A stretch of 64,000 nt of DNA from Phycisphaerae bacterium (GCA_029260015.1 JAJDEB010000036.1:1226554-1290553); one strand, 5' to 3'; counted from the stretch's first letter, positions 47,249 to 57,043 are shown. Translations and numbers: made by a program. The notes: generated from the letters alone by a model not told the origin.

Positions 47249-48490
47249 AACCTGATCGAGCGTATGCCCCATTTTCTGCTTCTTCGTCGAAAGGTATGCC
47301 TTGTTGTGAGCATTCGGTGAAATCTCGATCGGCAACTGTTCGACGATTTCGATCCCGTAGACTTCCAACCGATTCACTTTCTTCGGATTGTTCGTCAAAA
47401 TCCGCAATCGCTGCAAACCGAGGTCGCGGCAGATTTGTGCACCGACGCCGTAGTCCCTGCGGTCGGCGGGCAATCCGAGTTTCTCGTTGGCTTCGACCGT
47501 ATCAAGCCCCCCATCCTGCAGGCTGTATGCCTTGAGTTTATTGTGCAGTCCGATGCTGCGCCCCTCCTGACGCAGGTAGATCAGCACGCCCTTGCCTTCC
47601 TTCTGAATCAACTCCATCGCCTGATTCAACTGACTCCCGCAGTCGCAGCGCTGGCTTCCAAACACATGCCCCGTCATGCACTCCGACTCAACGCGAACAA
47701 GCACCGGGTCTTTCTGCACAACCGACTCGCCGCCCACACCCACCGGACCAATACCGCCGCAACAAAGCGCCAGATGCGGTTCATGATCTACCGGTGACGA
47801 ATACTCGATCAAGGTGAATTCGCCGTGACGGGTGGGCAGTTTAATGACTTCGCCGCGCTGCACGAATTGCTCGCGCTGCTGACGGTACTCGATGATCTGC
47901 GCGACGGAGTAAATGTTGAGTCCATGCTTCTTTGCAAAAGCTTCCAGCGACGGGCGGCGGGCCATCGTACCATCGTCGTTCATGATTTCGATCAGCACGC
48001 CCATCGGCTTTAGGCCAGCCAGCTTGCACAAATCGACCGTGCCCTCCGTTTGTCCGGAGCGCACGAGCACACCACCGTCGGCGGCCATCAATGGATTAAG
48101 ATGACCGGGTCGGGCGAGATCGCTGGGCCGCGTATCTTCGGCGCACGCCACTTCGATCGTCTTGCAACGGTCGGCTGCCGACACACCCGTCGTCACGCCG
48201 AATCGCGAATGGGCATCGACGGTCACCGTAAATGCGGTACCAAAGCGGGTCGTGTTTTCGGCGGTTTGCTTGTGCAGGTGGAGCGCTTCGCAGCGCTCAC
48301 GGGTCATCGATATGCAAAGAACGCCGCGGGCCTCCTTGAGCATGAAGTTCACCGCGTCGGGCGTGACCAACTCTGCGGCCATCACCAAGTCGCCTTCGTT
48401 TTCGCGATCTTCGTCATCGACGAGGATAATCATTTTGCCCGTACGCAGGTCTTCAAATGCCTGCTCGATGTTGGTGCATGTGTTGCTCAT
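47246..48490 (-). CDS. ribBA: bifunctional 3,4-dihydroxy-2-butanone-4-phosphate synthase / GTP cyclohydrolase II
   Basis: DDEDRENEGDLVMAAE (DHBPS). ECMTGHVFGSQRCDCGSQL (GCH-II zinc site). ATG 48490. The upstream 50 codons in the ORF track are leader RNA. Confidence 0.9.
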   Translation of the reverse strand: MSNTCTNIEQAFEDLRTGKMIILVDDEDRENEGDLVMAAELVTPDAVNFMLKEARGVLCISMTRERCEALHLHKQTAENTTRFGTAFTVTVDAHSRFGVTTGVSAADRCKTIEVACAEDTRPSDLARPGHLNPLMAADGGVLVRSGQTEGTVDLCKLAGLKPMGVLIEIMNDDGTMARRPSLEAFAKKHGLNIYSVAQIIEYRQQREQFVQRGEVIKLPTRHGEFTLIEYSSPVDHEPHLALCCGGIGPVGVGGESVVQKDPVLVRVESECMTGHVFGSQRCDCGSQLNQAMELIQKEGKGVLIYLRQEGRSIGLHNKLKAYSLQDGGLDTVEANEKLGLPADRRDYGVGAQICRDLGLQRLRILTNNPKKVNRLEVYGIEIVEQLPIEISPNAHNKAYLSTKKQKMGHTLDQV

Positions 48491-48534
48491 GAAACGGTCC
48501 GTTCCAAAACGTGAATTACAACAAGCATAGTGAC

Positions 48535-48624
48535 GGGTGCCCCGGCCTTCAGGCTGGGGGACTGACGAATTTCGAGCGCCCTTAGATACGCCTTCAGTCC
48601 CCCACCCTAAAGGGAGGGGCACCC
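48535..48624 (-). ncRNA. structured 5' leader of ribBA (or 3' structure of the upstream operon); not an FMN riboswitch by motif
   Basis: A 9-bp outer helix (48616..48624 pairs with 48535..48543) encloses an 11-bp helix (48594..48604 pairs with 48555..48565) and the small hairpin GCC-UGAA-GGC. Confidence 0.4.
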
Positions 48625-48691
48625 TGCAATACCAAGTCATTCGACGTTAAGACTGTATCAAAGTCGGGGCAAAACGGCACATCGGTGCCGA

Positions 48692-49603
48692 TCAATTCCC
48701 GCACGCCGCGTCAAGCCGTTGGAGTTGGCGACTCGGAAGTGGATGGCCCAGTATTTTTGACATGAATCGTGAGGCTTCGGCTTGCCGCAGCAAATCGACG
48801 CCCGATTCGATGCCCATCCGATCGAGCAGATACACCAAATCCTCCGTCGCAAGATTTCCCGTCGCCCCCGGAGCAAACGGGCAACCGCCAAGCCCACCCG
48901 ACGATGCATCGAATGTCGTCACCCCCAACCGCAACCCTTCGCACACATTCGCCAGCGCCGTACCGTAAGTGTCATGAAAATGCAGGGCGATCGCATCAAC
49001 CGGTACAGCATCTAAAACACTTGACAGCACCCTTTGCACATCCGTCGGACACGCAGCACCGATGGTGTCACTGACCGACACTTCATCTACGCCCATTTGC
49101 AACAGCGCCTGCGTCGTTTCGGCAACGACGGACTCTGCAATCTCGCCTTCGTACGGGCAAACGAAACACGTCGAAACGTATCCGCGAACAGACAAACCCG
49201 CAACGATCGCGCGTTTGCAAATCTTCGCATAAACCGCCAGCGATTCCGAACGGCTCATGCCAATATTTTTTTGGCAGAAAGTTTCTGAAGCGGCGGTGAA
49301 CACGGCGATCCTCTTGATGCCGCTTTCAATCGCCCGATCGAGCCCGCGTTCATTGGGTACTAGCGCGCTATGGACACGATCAAACTTGGGTAGATTCGCA
49401 ATGACATCAGCCGCATCAACCAATTGCGGAACCAACTTGGGATGAACGAATGAGGTGACTTCAATGTGCGTATGCCCGGCATCGACGAGCTTTTGTATGA
49501 ATGCGAGCTTGTGTTCGGTATCGATGGGTTCAGGTTCGTTCTGCAGACCGTCACGCGGGCCGACCTCGACAATGCGGACCTTTTTGGGGAGCGAGTCACT
49601 CAT
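48692..49603 (-). CDS. hydroxymethylglutaryl-CoA lyase
   Basis: VEVGPRDGLQNE and HFHDTYG. The ATG overlaps the stop of the upstream biotinyl-domain gene (ATGAGTGA). Confidence 0.85.
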   Translation of the reverse strand: MSDSLPKKVRIVEVGPRDGLQNEPEPIDTEHKLAFIQKLVDAGHTHIEVTSFVHPKLVPQLVDAADVIANLPKFDRVHSALVPNERGLDRAIESGIKRIAVFTAASETFCQKNIGMSRSESLAVYAKICKRAIVAGLSVRGYVSTCFVCPYEGEIAESVVAETTQALLQMGVDEVSVSDTIGAACPTDVQRVLSSVLDAVPVDAIALHFHDTYGTALANVCEGLRLGVTTFDASSGGLGGCPFAPGATGNLATEDLVYLLDRMGIESGVDLLRQAEASRFMSKILGHPLPSRQLQRLDAACGN

Positions 49604-50135
49604 CGCCAGCCCCACCACCGCTATCTTCGAGTCGAATAAGCAGGGCACCCATCTCCACAAGATCACCTTCGCTGCAAGTGATTTCCTTCACGCAACCGAC
49701 TGCCGGTGCGGAAATCGTCATTTCCATTTTCATCGATTCCATGATGATCAGCGGTTGATGGGCTGATAGCTCGTCGCCATCGGCGACCAGAATGCGAAGA
49801 ATCGTACCGGGCATCGGTGCGGTTAATTCCGGTAAGAGAACAGCCCCTCTTACAGCGCCCTTCGGCCCCTCCGCATCGACCGTCTTGAAGTCGTAGACCT
49901 TGCCTCCATACCAAACCTGGATATCGTCGCCCTGCCGATGGCCATAAAAACGCACCACTTTACCGCCCAAGCGTATCCAACCCGCACCACTACCGAACAA
50001 TTCGATTTCGGCATCGATCCTCCGATCCCCTAGGACGACGTGGAAATCGTTGGGCGAACCCTCGGCGACTTTCTCGATCGAAACGCTGACCGGTTCGGAC
50101 TGGCTGGCGTGCTGTAGTGTTATCTTGCGCGACAT
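49596..50135 (-). CDS. biotinyl-carrier (BT + BCCP) portion of an acyl-CoA carboxylase alpha subunit, separate cistron
   Basis: Biotinylation motif IIMESMKMEMTISAP. The N-terminal 100 aa resemble the BT domain of methylcrotonyl-/propionyl-CoA carboxylase alpha. Confidence 0.75.
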   Translation of the reverse strand: MSRKITLQHASQSEPVSVSIEKVAEGSPNDFHVVLGDRRIDAEIELFGSGAGWIRLGGKVVRFYGHRQGDDIQVWYGGKVYDFKTVDAEGPKGAVRGAVLLPELTAPMPGTILRILVADGDELSAHQPLIIMESMKMEMTISAPAVGCVKEITCSEGDLVEMGALLIRLEDSGGGAGDE

Positions 50136-50196
50136 GTTCGTTTCTGCTTCTGGTGAGGTTGCATAAATTGCGTGCCTGTAATTTCAGTGCTGTAGA

Positions 50197-51684
50197 TCAT
50201 ACGCCGCGCCAACCGCCCGCATCGCGCCACGGTGAAGCTGCCGCCGTCGCTGCCGATTGCGAACCGTGTACTTGCTTCTTTGCGTCGCGGGCCATCATCG
50301 CCGAAGCCACCAGCACTTCGTCGGGAATGCTCTCATGATCTTCAACCGCGAACGAATCAAGAAAATGCGTGTCATACTCACCGCGAACAAATGCCGGATC
50401 GCCGATCACCTTCGCCATAAACGCGATGTTCGTGGTCACACCCGTCACCGCGAATCGCCGCAGCGCCCAAACCATCCGCGACAATGCCTCCTCGCGCGAC
50501 ATACCCCACACGACGAGCTTCGCAAGCATCGGATCGTAATATACCGTCACCTCGTCGCCGGCTTGCACACCCGAATCCAGACGAACGTTCGCACCAACCG
50601 GCGCATCAAAATGGCGAATCGTTCCGACCGATGGCAAAAATCCACGGGCGGCATCTTCAGCATAAACGCGACACTCGATGGCGTGACCGGTTGGCACCAA
50701 GTCCACCTGCTCAAACGGTAGCGGCAGGCCAGCCGCCACTTCAATCTGAAGCCTTACAAGGTCAAGTCGCAGGCGCATCTCCGTGATCGGATGTTCGACC
50801 TGCAGGCGCGTGTTGACTTCAAGAAAATAAAACGCCCCCGATTCATCAAGGATAAACTCAACTGTGCCCGCACCTTCATAACCAATGGCCTGCGCCGTTC
50901 GAACGGCTGCGGTGGCCATCTCGTCCCGAAGCTCTGGCGTCAATGCGGGCGACGGCGACTCTTCGATGATCTTCTGATGACGGCGCTGAATCGAACATTC
51001 CCGCTCGAACATGTGTACGGTTCGACCAGTCGAGTCGCCGAAAATCTGAAACTCGACGTGGCGCGGCGAGGCAACGTACTTTTCGAGAAACACGCGGTCA
51101 TCGCCAAATGCGCTGACCGACTCTCGCCGGGCAACATCCAAACCGGATCGCAGTTCCTTTACATCCCGCGCGACTCGCATACCCTTACCGCCACCACCTG
51201 CCGCGGCTTTAATCAACACTGGATACCCGATCCGCTCGGCTTGCTTCTCCAACGTCGCGACATCAGCGTTACCGTCATCCCAATATCCCGGAACCACCGG
51301 CACGCCGGCATCGGCTAGCGTGGTCTTGGCGATCATTTTGTCGCCCATCTTGCGAATAACGTCGGGACTCGGACCGATGAAAACAATCCCCGCATCACTG
51401 CACGCCTGGGCGAATTCTGCGTTTTCAGAAAGAAAGCCATAACCGGGATGAATCGCGTCAGCACCGCACGACTTGGCGATGTCGATGATGCGATCGATGC
51501 GGAGGTAAGTGTCTGCCGCCGATTCGCCTTCGAGGGCATACGCTTCGTCGGCGCGGCGCACATGAAGCCCCCAGCGATCCGGTTGGGAATGAACCGCGAC
51601 GGCTACGATGCCCATCTGCTGCAGCGTGTTCGTGATCCGAACAGCCACCTCACCGCGATTGGCGATTAGAACTTTCTTAAACAT
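50197..51684 (-). CDS. biotin carboxylase (acyl-CoA carboxylase alpha, BC portion)
   Basis: Motifs KVLIANRGEVAVRI, GGGGKGMRV, ECSIQRRHQKIIEE. Ends ..SPWRDAGGWRGV. ATG 51684. Confidence 0.9.
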   Translation of the reverse strand: MFKKVLIANRGEVAVRITNTLQQMGIVAVAVHSQPDRWGLHVRRADEAYALEGESAADTYLRIDRIIDIAKSCGADAIHPGYGFLSENAEFAQACSDAGIVFIGPSPDVIRKMGDKMIAKTTLADAGVPVVPGYWDDGNADVATLEKQAERIGYPVLIKAAAGGGGKGMRVARDVKELRSGLDVARRESVSAFGDDRVFLEKYVASPRHVEFQIFGDSTGRTVHMFERECSIQRRHQKIIEESPSPALTPELRDEMATAAVRTAQAIGYEGAGTVEFILDESGAFYFLEVNTRLQVEHPITEMRLRLDLVRLQIEVAAGLPLPFEQVDLVPTGHAIECRVYAEDAARGFLPSVGTIRHFDAPVGANVRLDSGVQAGDEVTVYYDPMLAKLVVWGMSREEALSRMVWALRRFAVTGVTTNIAFMAKVIGDPAFVRGEYDTHFLDSFAVEDHESIPDEVLVASAMMARDAKKQVHGSQSAATAAASPWRDAGGWRGV

Positions 51685-51711
51685 CAATGATGCACCGCGT
51701 TCACGATTGAC

Positions 51712-51781
51712 GTGCCACTGCTCTGTAAGCAGTGCGATTTTTAGTTCGTCGTCCACGACACTGCTCACAGAGCAGTGGCAC
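51712..51781. repeat. family B nested palindrome, copy 2
   Basis: GTGCCACTGCTCTGTAAGCAGTG, a 24-nt spacer, then CACTGCTCACAGAGCAGTGGCAC. Lies between the phosphatase stop and the biotin carboxylase start. Confidence 0.9.
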
Positions 51782-51814
51782 AACGTCGAGTTTACCCCAC
51801 AAGAAACCTAAGTT

Positions 51815-52414
51815 TTAGTCCAGACTACTCGGACCGCCAAACTCGGCTTTGACGAATCGAACCGGTCCTTCTTCTGGAATGGTGGCTGTGTAGATATCCT
51901 GATAGCGCGTCGGCGATCGTCCAGTCCCACCGAGCCGCATATACAACTCTTGCAAATTCCCGCTCTGCACATCTTCGATCACCGGCCCGGTGTTGCCCAC
52001 CCACAGCACCGTTCCACCGGCATGATTCTCAAGAACGTTGTTGACGAAGTTGTCGGCAAAGGACTTGGTCAGCGCGAGTTCAGCTTGGGAGACGTCCTCA
52101 ACGGTAATGCCAAGCCGGTCAGCTAGCACGTCACAGGTTTGCCGATTTCGAATAAACGCAGCACAGAAAATCGCGGTAACACCATTTTCGTCGAGCGCGT
52201 CGGCCAACTCCTCGGCGCGGGCTTCACCCTCTTCGTTGAGCGGTGGATCAAATCCGGGTTCGCGTTCAGCGTGGCGCACCATGATAATCGTGGTGGTCGT
52301 ACCGGCTTGCGATTGCACGGGCGCAGTGGGACCGACGCAACCCGTAACCGCAAGAACAGTCAGACTCAAGAGCGAAAGCGAAACCGACTGCGAAAAAAAT
52401 GATCGAATTCTCAT
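51815..52414 (-). CDS. histidine-phosphatase-family lipoprotein
   Basis: Lipobox AVTG-C. RHG-type motif IIMVRHAERE. Confidence 0.65.
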   Translation of the reverse strand: MRIRSFFSQSVSLSLLSLTVLAVTGCVGPTAPVQSQAGTTTTIIMVRHAEREPGFDPPLNEEGEARAEELADALDENGVTAIFCAAFIRNRQTCDVLADRLGITVEDVSQAELALTKSFADNFVNNVLENHAGGTVLWVGNTGPVIEDVQSGNLQELYMRLGGTGRSPTRYQDIYTATIPEEGPVRFVKAEFGGPSSLD

Positions 52415-52861
52415 AAATGTTCCCTGCTAGTCTGTGGTCCAAATCAAACAAGCCAGCCAACGCCCGCAGAATTAGAAAGCATTCTGCAACCGCTCCGGCA
52501 CCGATGGCCCGAAAGTATAACGGCAACCGCACATTCTGGCGAAGGCTTGGGGTTAGCGATTAGACTGGCGTAAGACGTGGATGGTCGATCGCTTCAATCA
52601 ATTGAGCAGTCAAGCTTATAGACCGAACCGAACAACCAAGACTCTCGGAGTCACATTCGTGCGCACGTAGGCTAACCGAAATTGACTACGGCATATGCCC
52701 GGAATGGGGAATGATATTGTAATCGTCGCATTGGTTTGGGAATTCGGGGCGCTGAATGCTATCGTCAGCAAGCGATCGCCACATTGCTTCAAATATACAC
52801 CGCTACGAATCCTCACGACTGGTAAAAGATAAGGAGACGATTCGCAAACTAAACTCTCAAA

Positions 52862-53887
52862 TCACCGGAAATTATCCGGATACCATTTGTAAGACGAACG
52901 AACGTGTTTGCCCCCAAAGTCTGACCAGAACGGGTTGATCGTACCTCCGTCGCCCGTCTCGCGCCACTGTCCGAAGAACAGCGCCGCGTGCCCATCGAAG
53001 TACACCATGCTTGTTGAGCCTTTGAACTTGATTTGCGGGAGCACGGCTTTACCGGTGCGGGCATGCGAGCTGACTTTGCTGCTGCTGATTCGGTGGTACG
53101 GACGGTCGGGAATGATCGCCAGATAGTTATTAAGCTCAGGGACAAACGTGCCATACCACTGCTTGGTCGCTGGCCCCGGACCCGGGCGACCGCCCGCTGT
53201 CGACGTCTGCCGATACCACGCGTCGCCGACCGCCCACTCTTCTCCCGGTCGTTTGATGCGGCTGATGTTCTTGGGCCACCACGCGACACCAGGAACATCC
53301 GGACTGGGATTCGTATAGAACCATGCGCCGAAGTAATGCGGTGGATCGGTATCGCTGGCAATTGACCTAGACACCGACGGTCCCGGTTCGGTAATGCCCC
53401 AGGTGTTGGCCACATAGCTGTATGGGCGTTCCTGCCAGCTGCCGCTTGGTTGGTAATCGAAGAAATCCTGATCCGGCACGATGCGTTCAGCCGTCGGGCA
53501 TGAACTGATTTCGTCGCTGCGCTTATCTTCGCGGTCGGGATCGCCCAGGCTCTTGCCATAGTACGGACGAAGCAACCACGTCAGCGACTTTTGCCGATCA
53601 ACCGGATCGTTGGTGATGCTGTGAACCTTGCGCTTGATCGCCGGATGAATTGGCCCGGGCAATACACCCTGATATTCCGACGCATAAGTCAGAATCGCCA
53701 AACCTTGGCTATGCTGGTTGGCCATGCATTTGACGGTCCGAGCCTGCTCGCGTGCCTTGGTCAGAGAAGGCAAGAGAATCGAAATCAACAGCGCGATGAT
53801 CGAGACGACCACCAGTAACTCAACCAAGGTGAACGCGCGGCTCCGCGTAACATTCCGACCGCGCTTATCACTCGAAACCATTTCCAT
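52862..53887 (-). CDS. DUF1559-family protein with prepilin-type N-terminal methylation motif
   Basis: RAFTLVELLVVVSIIALLISILLPSL. C-terminal ..TSMVYFDGHAALF. This family is typical of planctomycetes. Confidence 0.8.
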   Translation of the reverse strand: MEMVSSDKRGRNVTRSRAFTLVELLVVVSIIALLISILLPSLTKAREQARTVKCMANQHSQGLAILTYASEYQGVLPGPIHPAIKRKVHSITNDPVDRQKSLTWLLRPYYGKSLGDPDREDKRSDEISSCPTAERIVPDQDFFDYQPSGSWQERPYSYVANTWGITEPGPSVSRSIASDTDPPHYFGAWFYTNPSPDVPGVAWWPKNISRIKRPGEEWAVGDAWYRQTSTAGGRPGPGPATKQWYGTFVPELNNYLAIIPDRPYHRISSSKVSSHARTGKAVLPQIKFKGSTSMVYFDGHAALFFGQWRETGDGGTINPFWSDFGGKHVRSSYKWYPDNFR

Positions 53888-53978
53888 TACCCCAAGATAA
53901 GGTCAATCACAACTTCTTCATATCGCGCCATTCTACAACCTGCCCACTCATTGATCCAAGCTTAAACCTGTGAGCCTG

Positions 53979-53993
53979 ATTGCGATTCGCAAT
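53979..53993. promoter_or_regulatory. 15-bp perfect palindrome ATTGCGA-T-TCGCAAT in a divergent intergenic region
   Basis: Lies between the DUF1559 gene (start 53887, minus strand) and the small membrane gene (54149, plus strand). Confidence 0.35.
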
Positions 53994-54148
53994 TTCTATC
54001 GACTATGCAGGATTCGATTGCATATGATATCAAGACCACCAGCGAGGTCGGTTGTTTTCATTGATAACAACACGCCGCGCACCGGTGGCTCGATGGTGAT
54101 TGTCGCGAATGGTTCTTGCTGTCTAAACTCAATGAATGCGAATGCGTT

Positions 54149-54445
54149 ATGAATCCTGCAGTTCTCCCGACATTTCGCTGGTGTTTGACCATACCCTGCC
54201 TGCTTGTATTTGCCGCCTTTGCCCTATTAAATCTCCAAATATTCTTCAGTCAGTTGCGAAACCCCCAAGGTCGATCTCTAGGCCCTGTCGTTGGAGGTTT
54301 GTTTGGCGCGATTGGGATTTTCCTGATGCCGATCGAGGGCGCTATGAAATACTGCTGGTTACCGTTGGTTGTGGATATTGGATGTGGTCCGATGATCGTG
54401 ATGGCTCTCATCGAAGCAATCCACAGTCGCGAATCGCAATCTTAA
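54149..54445 (+). CDS. small membrane protein (98 aa), hypothetical
   Basis: Three hydrophobic helices. The stop overlaps the stop of the convergent kinase gene by 4 nt. Confidence 0.4.
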   Translation: MNPAVLPTFRWCLTIPCLLVFAAFALLNLQIFFSQLRNPQGRSLGPVVGGLFGAIGIFLMPIEGAMKYCWLPLVVDIGCGPMIVMALIEAIHSRESQS

Positions 54446-57027
54446 TTCGAGACGGCTTCATCCCTCGTACCCCTGAGCAGCTTTCGGTATTCGTCAGCTC
54501 TCGACAAGGAGCCAAGGTCCTCAAAGAGATTAGCCAAGGATGAAATCGCAAGCTGCGTGAGCTTGTCGTCGTCGCCCTTTGTTTTGCGAAGCGAATCACA
54601 AGCGCGCTGCAAATATTCTCTTGCTTCGTCCAAACGTCCGAGGCGTCGCAGGCTTTCACCGTAGAATTGCTCGATGCGACCCATGCGCCACGCATCTTCT
54701 TCTGGCAATCGATCCATTGATGTTACGGCTTGGTCGAGATGTTTGATTGCGCATTTCGCATCATCGGCTTCGATGCACGCGTCAGCCAACCCGAAGAGCG
54801 CGTAGTGATACATCAAATCGCCATACGCCGGATTGAATGAGGGCGGATCGAAATCGACGCGGTCGGGCCAAAGGTTGTCCGCGATCTCTTGCATCAGGGG
54901 CGTCGATTCATCGAAGCGCTTCTCATCCCATAGATTTCCCGCCAGCGCCGCAATCGCAGCCAAGGTCTGCGGATGACCTTCGGGAAACACCGATCGCGAC
55001 GTCTTTAGAATTTCGCTATAGAGCGGTGTCGCCTCGTTCGCTTTGCCCTGCCCTTCAAGGAATACCGCGTAATTATGCGTCACGATCAACGTCCGCGGGT
55101 CGGAGTCGCCAAAGACTTTTCGACAACCGGGGAGCAACCGATTGAGGATCACTTCAGCGTCGTCGAATCGCTTCAGCGCTTCGTAGATCGCCACAAGGTT
55201 GTTCATCGAAGCCAGCGTGTCCGGATCATCCGCACCAAACCGCCGCTCGCGCACAGCCAGGTTCTTCTCATAAATCGGAAGCGCCTCGGATTCGCGCCCC
55301 ATCCGACGAAGCAACCCCGCATAGTTATTCGCAGCCACCAGCGCCCGACGTGAATCTTCACCAAGCGTGCTCTCAAACCCCTCATATGCCTGTTTCAGAA
55401 ATCGCTCCGCATCGGCAAACTGACTGCGAACCGAGCGCACATGCCCAAGACTGCCTATCGCTACCAGCGTTTCTTCATGTGTTTCGCCCAGATGCTCGCT
55501 GGCGGTATTCATCGCTGCCACGAATTCCGCGTCGGATTCGTCAAACAGTCCCAGCCCAAAGTATGTGCTACCCAGCGCCGTGTGCAGCGCCACCCGAACG
55601 TCGGGCTTATCTGCGAAGCTGGTCGCGATTTCGTCCTTCGCCAAGTCAAGCACGTCGGCTACGCGAACATCATGGCCCGACACTTCCGGATTCGGCGCTT
55701 TGAAAATGTCCACCAGGAATCGATTGACCGCTTCGGCTTGGTCGGCTTCGCGCCGGGCGTCCTGCTCAGCCGCCATCGCCAATTCTGCGTTCTTGCGGGC
55801 TCTGTGTTCTGCGATGACAGCGCGATTGCGATCGACGGTCACCTGAACAAGGGCTGCAACCAGCGTCACGAACGCGACGACCACAACACCGACCAACGCT
55901 TTGTTGCGCCTGGCGAATTTGCTGAGCTGATAAAACGTACTTGTCGGACGGGCGCTGATCGCCTGATCGGAAAGATACCTGCGAATGTCAGCCGCAAAGT
56001 CAGATGCTGATTGGTAGCGACGTTCCTTTTCCTTCTGCAGCGCCTTGCCGACAATCGTTTCAACATCACCGCGCAACGACCGATTGATCGAACTCAATCG
56101 CGTTGGCTCTTTCTCGGTAATCGTCCGTGCAGCCTGCGGAATTGTCATGTCGGTGATGTCTTGCGGCAGTTGCCCCGTGAGCGATTCAAAGCAGATCACC
56201 CCAAGCGAATACACGTCGCTGCGAATGTCGAGATCGCGCGATCGTCCACCGAGTTGCTCGGGACTCATGTACGCGATCGTGCCGACGAGTTTGCCGGTCA
56301 TCGTTTCTGTTGCGGTCGCATTCACATCTGCATTGACGATCCGGGCGATTCCGAAGTCGAGAATCTTGGGTTGGCCGGTCGCATCAACGAGAATGTTGCT
56401 CGGTTTGAGGTCACGATGGATCAAGCCCTTTTGATGGGCATGGTGAACCGCATCGCAAAGCTTTGCGACCAATGCCAAGCGCTGCCGGGCAGTGAGGTGA
56501 TGGGCATTGGCGTAGTCGGTCAGCGACTGCCCTTCGATATACTCCATCGCAAAAAACGGTTGGCGAACACCATTGGCATCTGCCGTTCCGGCTTCAAAGA
56601 CCTGGGCGATCCCCGGATGCTGCAACCAACCCAGCACCTGCGACTCCTGCTCGAAACGCCGCAACAACTCCCGCGATTCGACTCCAGGACGAATAACCTT
56701 CAGCGCCACCTGACGTCTTGGCCGCTCCTGTTGGGCGAGATAGACAACACCCATCCCCCCTTCGCCCAGCTTTCGGATGATCGAATAACTTCCGATAGTG
56801 CTATTCAATTGCTCATCCGTCCCCGCCACCGCACGAGCAGCGTGCGACGGGACAGCATCTACAAAACTGATCGGATCGGCATCGTTGGCAATGAGCGCTT
56901 CCACGTCGCGGCGCAGCGACTCATCGCCTTGACACGCCTTGTCCAGAAAGGCGTCGCGCTCGCCAACTTCCAACGCGACGGCTTGGTCGAATAAAGACAT
57001 GAGTTGGCGGTGTCGATCGGAGGCCAT
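54442..57027 (-). CDS. Ser/Thr protein kinase with TM segment and C-terminal TPR array
   Basis: Motifs GEGGMGVVYLA, VALKVI, HRDLKPSNIL, DFGIAR, YMSPEQ. TM segment ALVGVVVVAFVTLVAALV. About 400 aa of TPR. Confidence 0.9.
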   Translation of the reverse strand: MASDRHRQLMSLFDQAVALEVGERDAFLDKACQGDESLRRDVEALIANDADPISFVDAVPSHAARAVAGTDEQLNSTIGSYSIIRKLGEGGMGVVYLAQQERPRRQVALKVIRPGVESRELLRRFEQESQVLGWLQHPGIAQVFEAGTADANGVRQPFFAMEYIEGQSLTDYANAHHLTARQRLALVAKLCDAVHHAHQKGLIHRDLKPSNILVDATGQPKILDFGIARIVNADVNATATETMTGKLVGTIAYMSPEQLGGRSRDLDIRSDVYSLGVICFESLTGQLPQDITDMTIPQAARTITEKEPTRLSSINRSLRGDVETIVGKALQKEKERRYQSASDFAADIRRYLSDQAISARPTSTFYQLSKFARRNKALVGVVVVAFVTLVAALVQVTVDRNRAVIAEHRARKNAELAMAAEQDARREADQAEAVNRFLVDIFKAPNPEVSGHDVRVADVLDLAKDEIATSFADKPDVRVALHTALGSTYFGLGLFDESDAEFVAAMNTASEHLGETHEETLVAIGSLGHVRSVRSQFADAERFLKQAYEGFESTLGEDSRRALVAANNYAGLLRRMGRESEALPIYEKNLAVRERRFGADDPDTLASMNNLVAIYEALKRFDDAEVILNRLLPGCRKVFGDSDPRTLIVTHNYAVFLEGQGKANEATPLYSEILKTSRSVFPEGHPQTLAAIAALAGNLWDEKRFDESTPLMQEIADNLWPDRVDFDPPSFNPAYGDLMYHYALFGLADACIEADDAKCAIKHLDQAVTSMDRLPEEDAWRMGRIEQFYGESLRRLGRLDEAREYLQRACDSLRKTKGDDDKLTQLAISSLANLFEDLGSLSRADEYRKLLRGTRDEAVSN

Positions 57028-57043
57028 TGTTCATCCGTTGTAT

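Noticed and set aside
48491-48640. FMN (RFN) riboswitch expected upstream of ribBA.
   Set aside because: None of the conserved RFN segments is present on the ribBA strand. The structure found there is reported separately as an unclassified element.
52415-52861. 447-nt gene-free region searched for an ncRNA or small gene.
   Set aside because: No convincing stem-loops, repeats, RBS-preceded ORFs or known RNA motifs were seen by eye. It probably holds the terminator and 3' flank of the DUF1559 gene and the promoter of the histidine-phosphatase gene.
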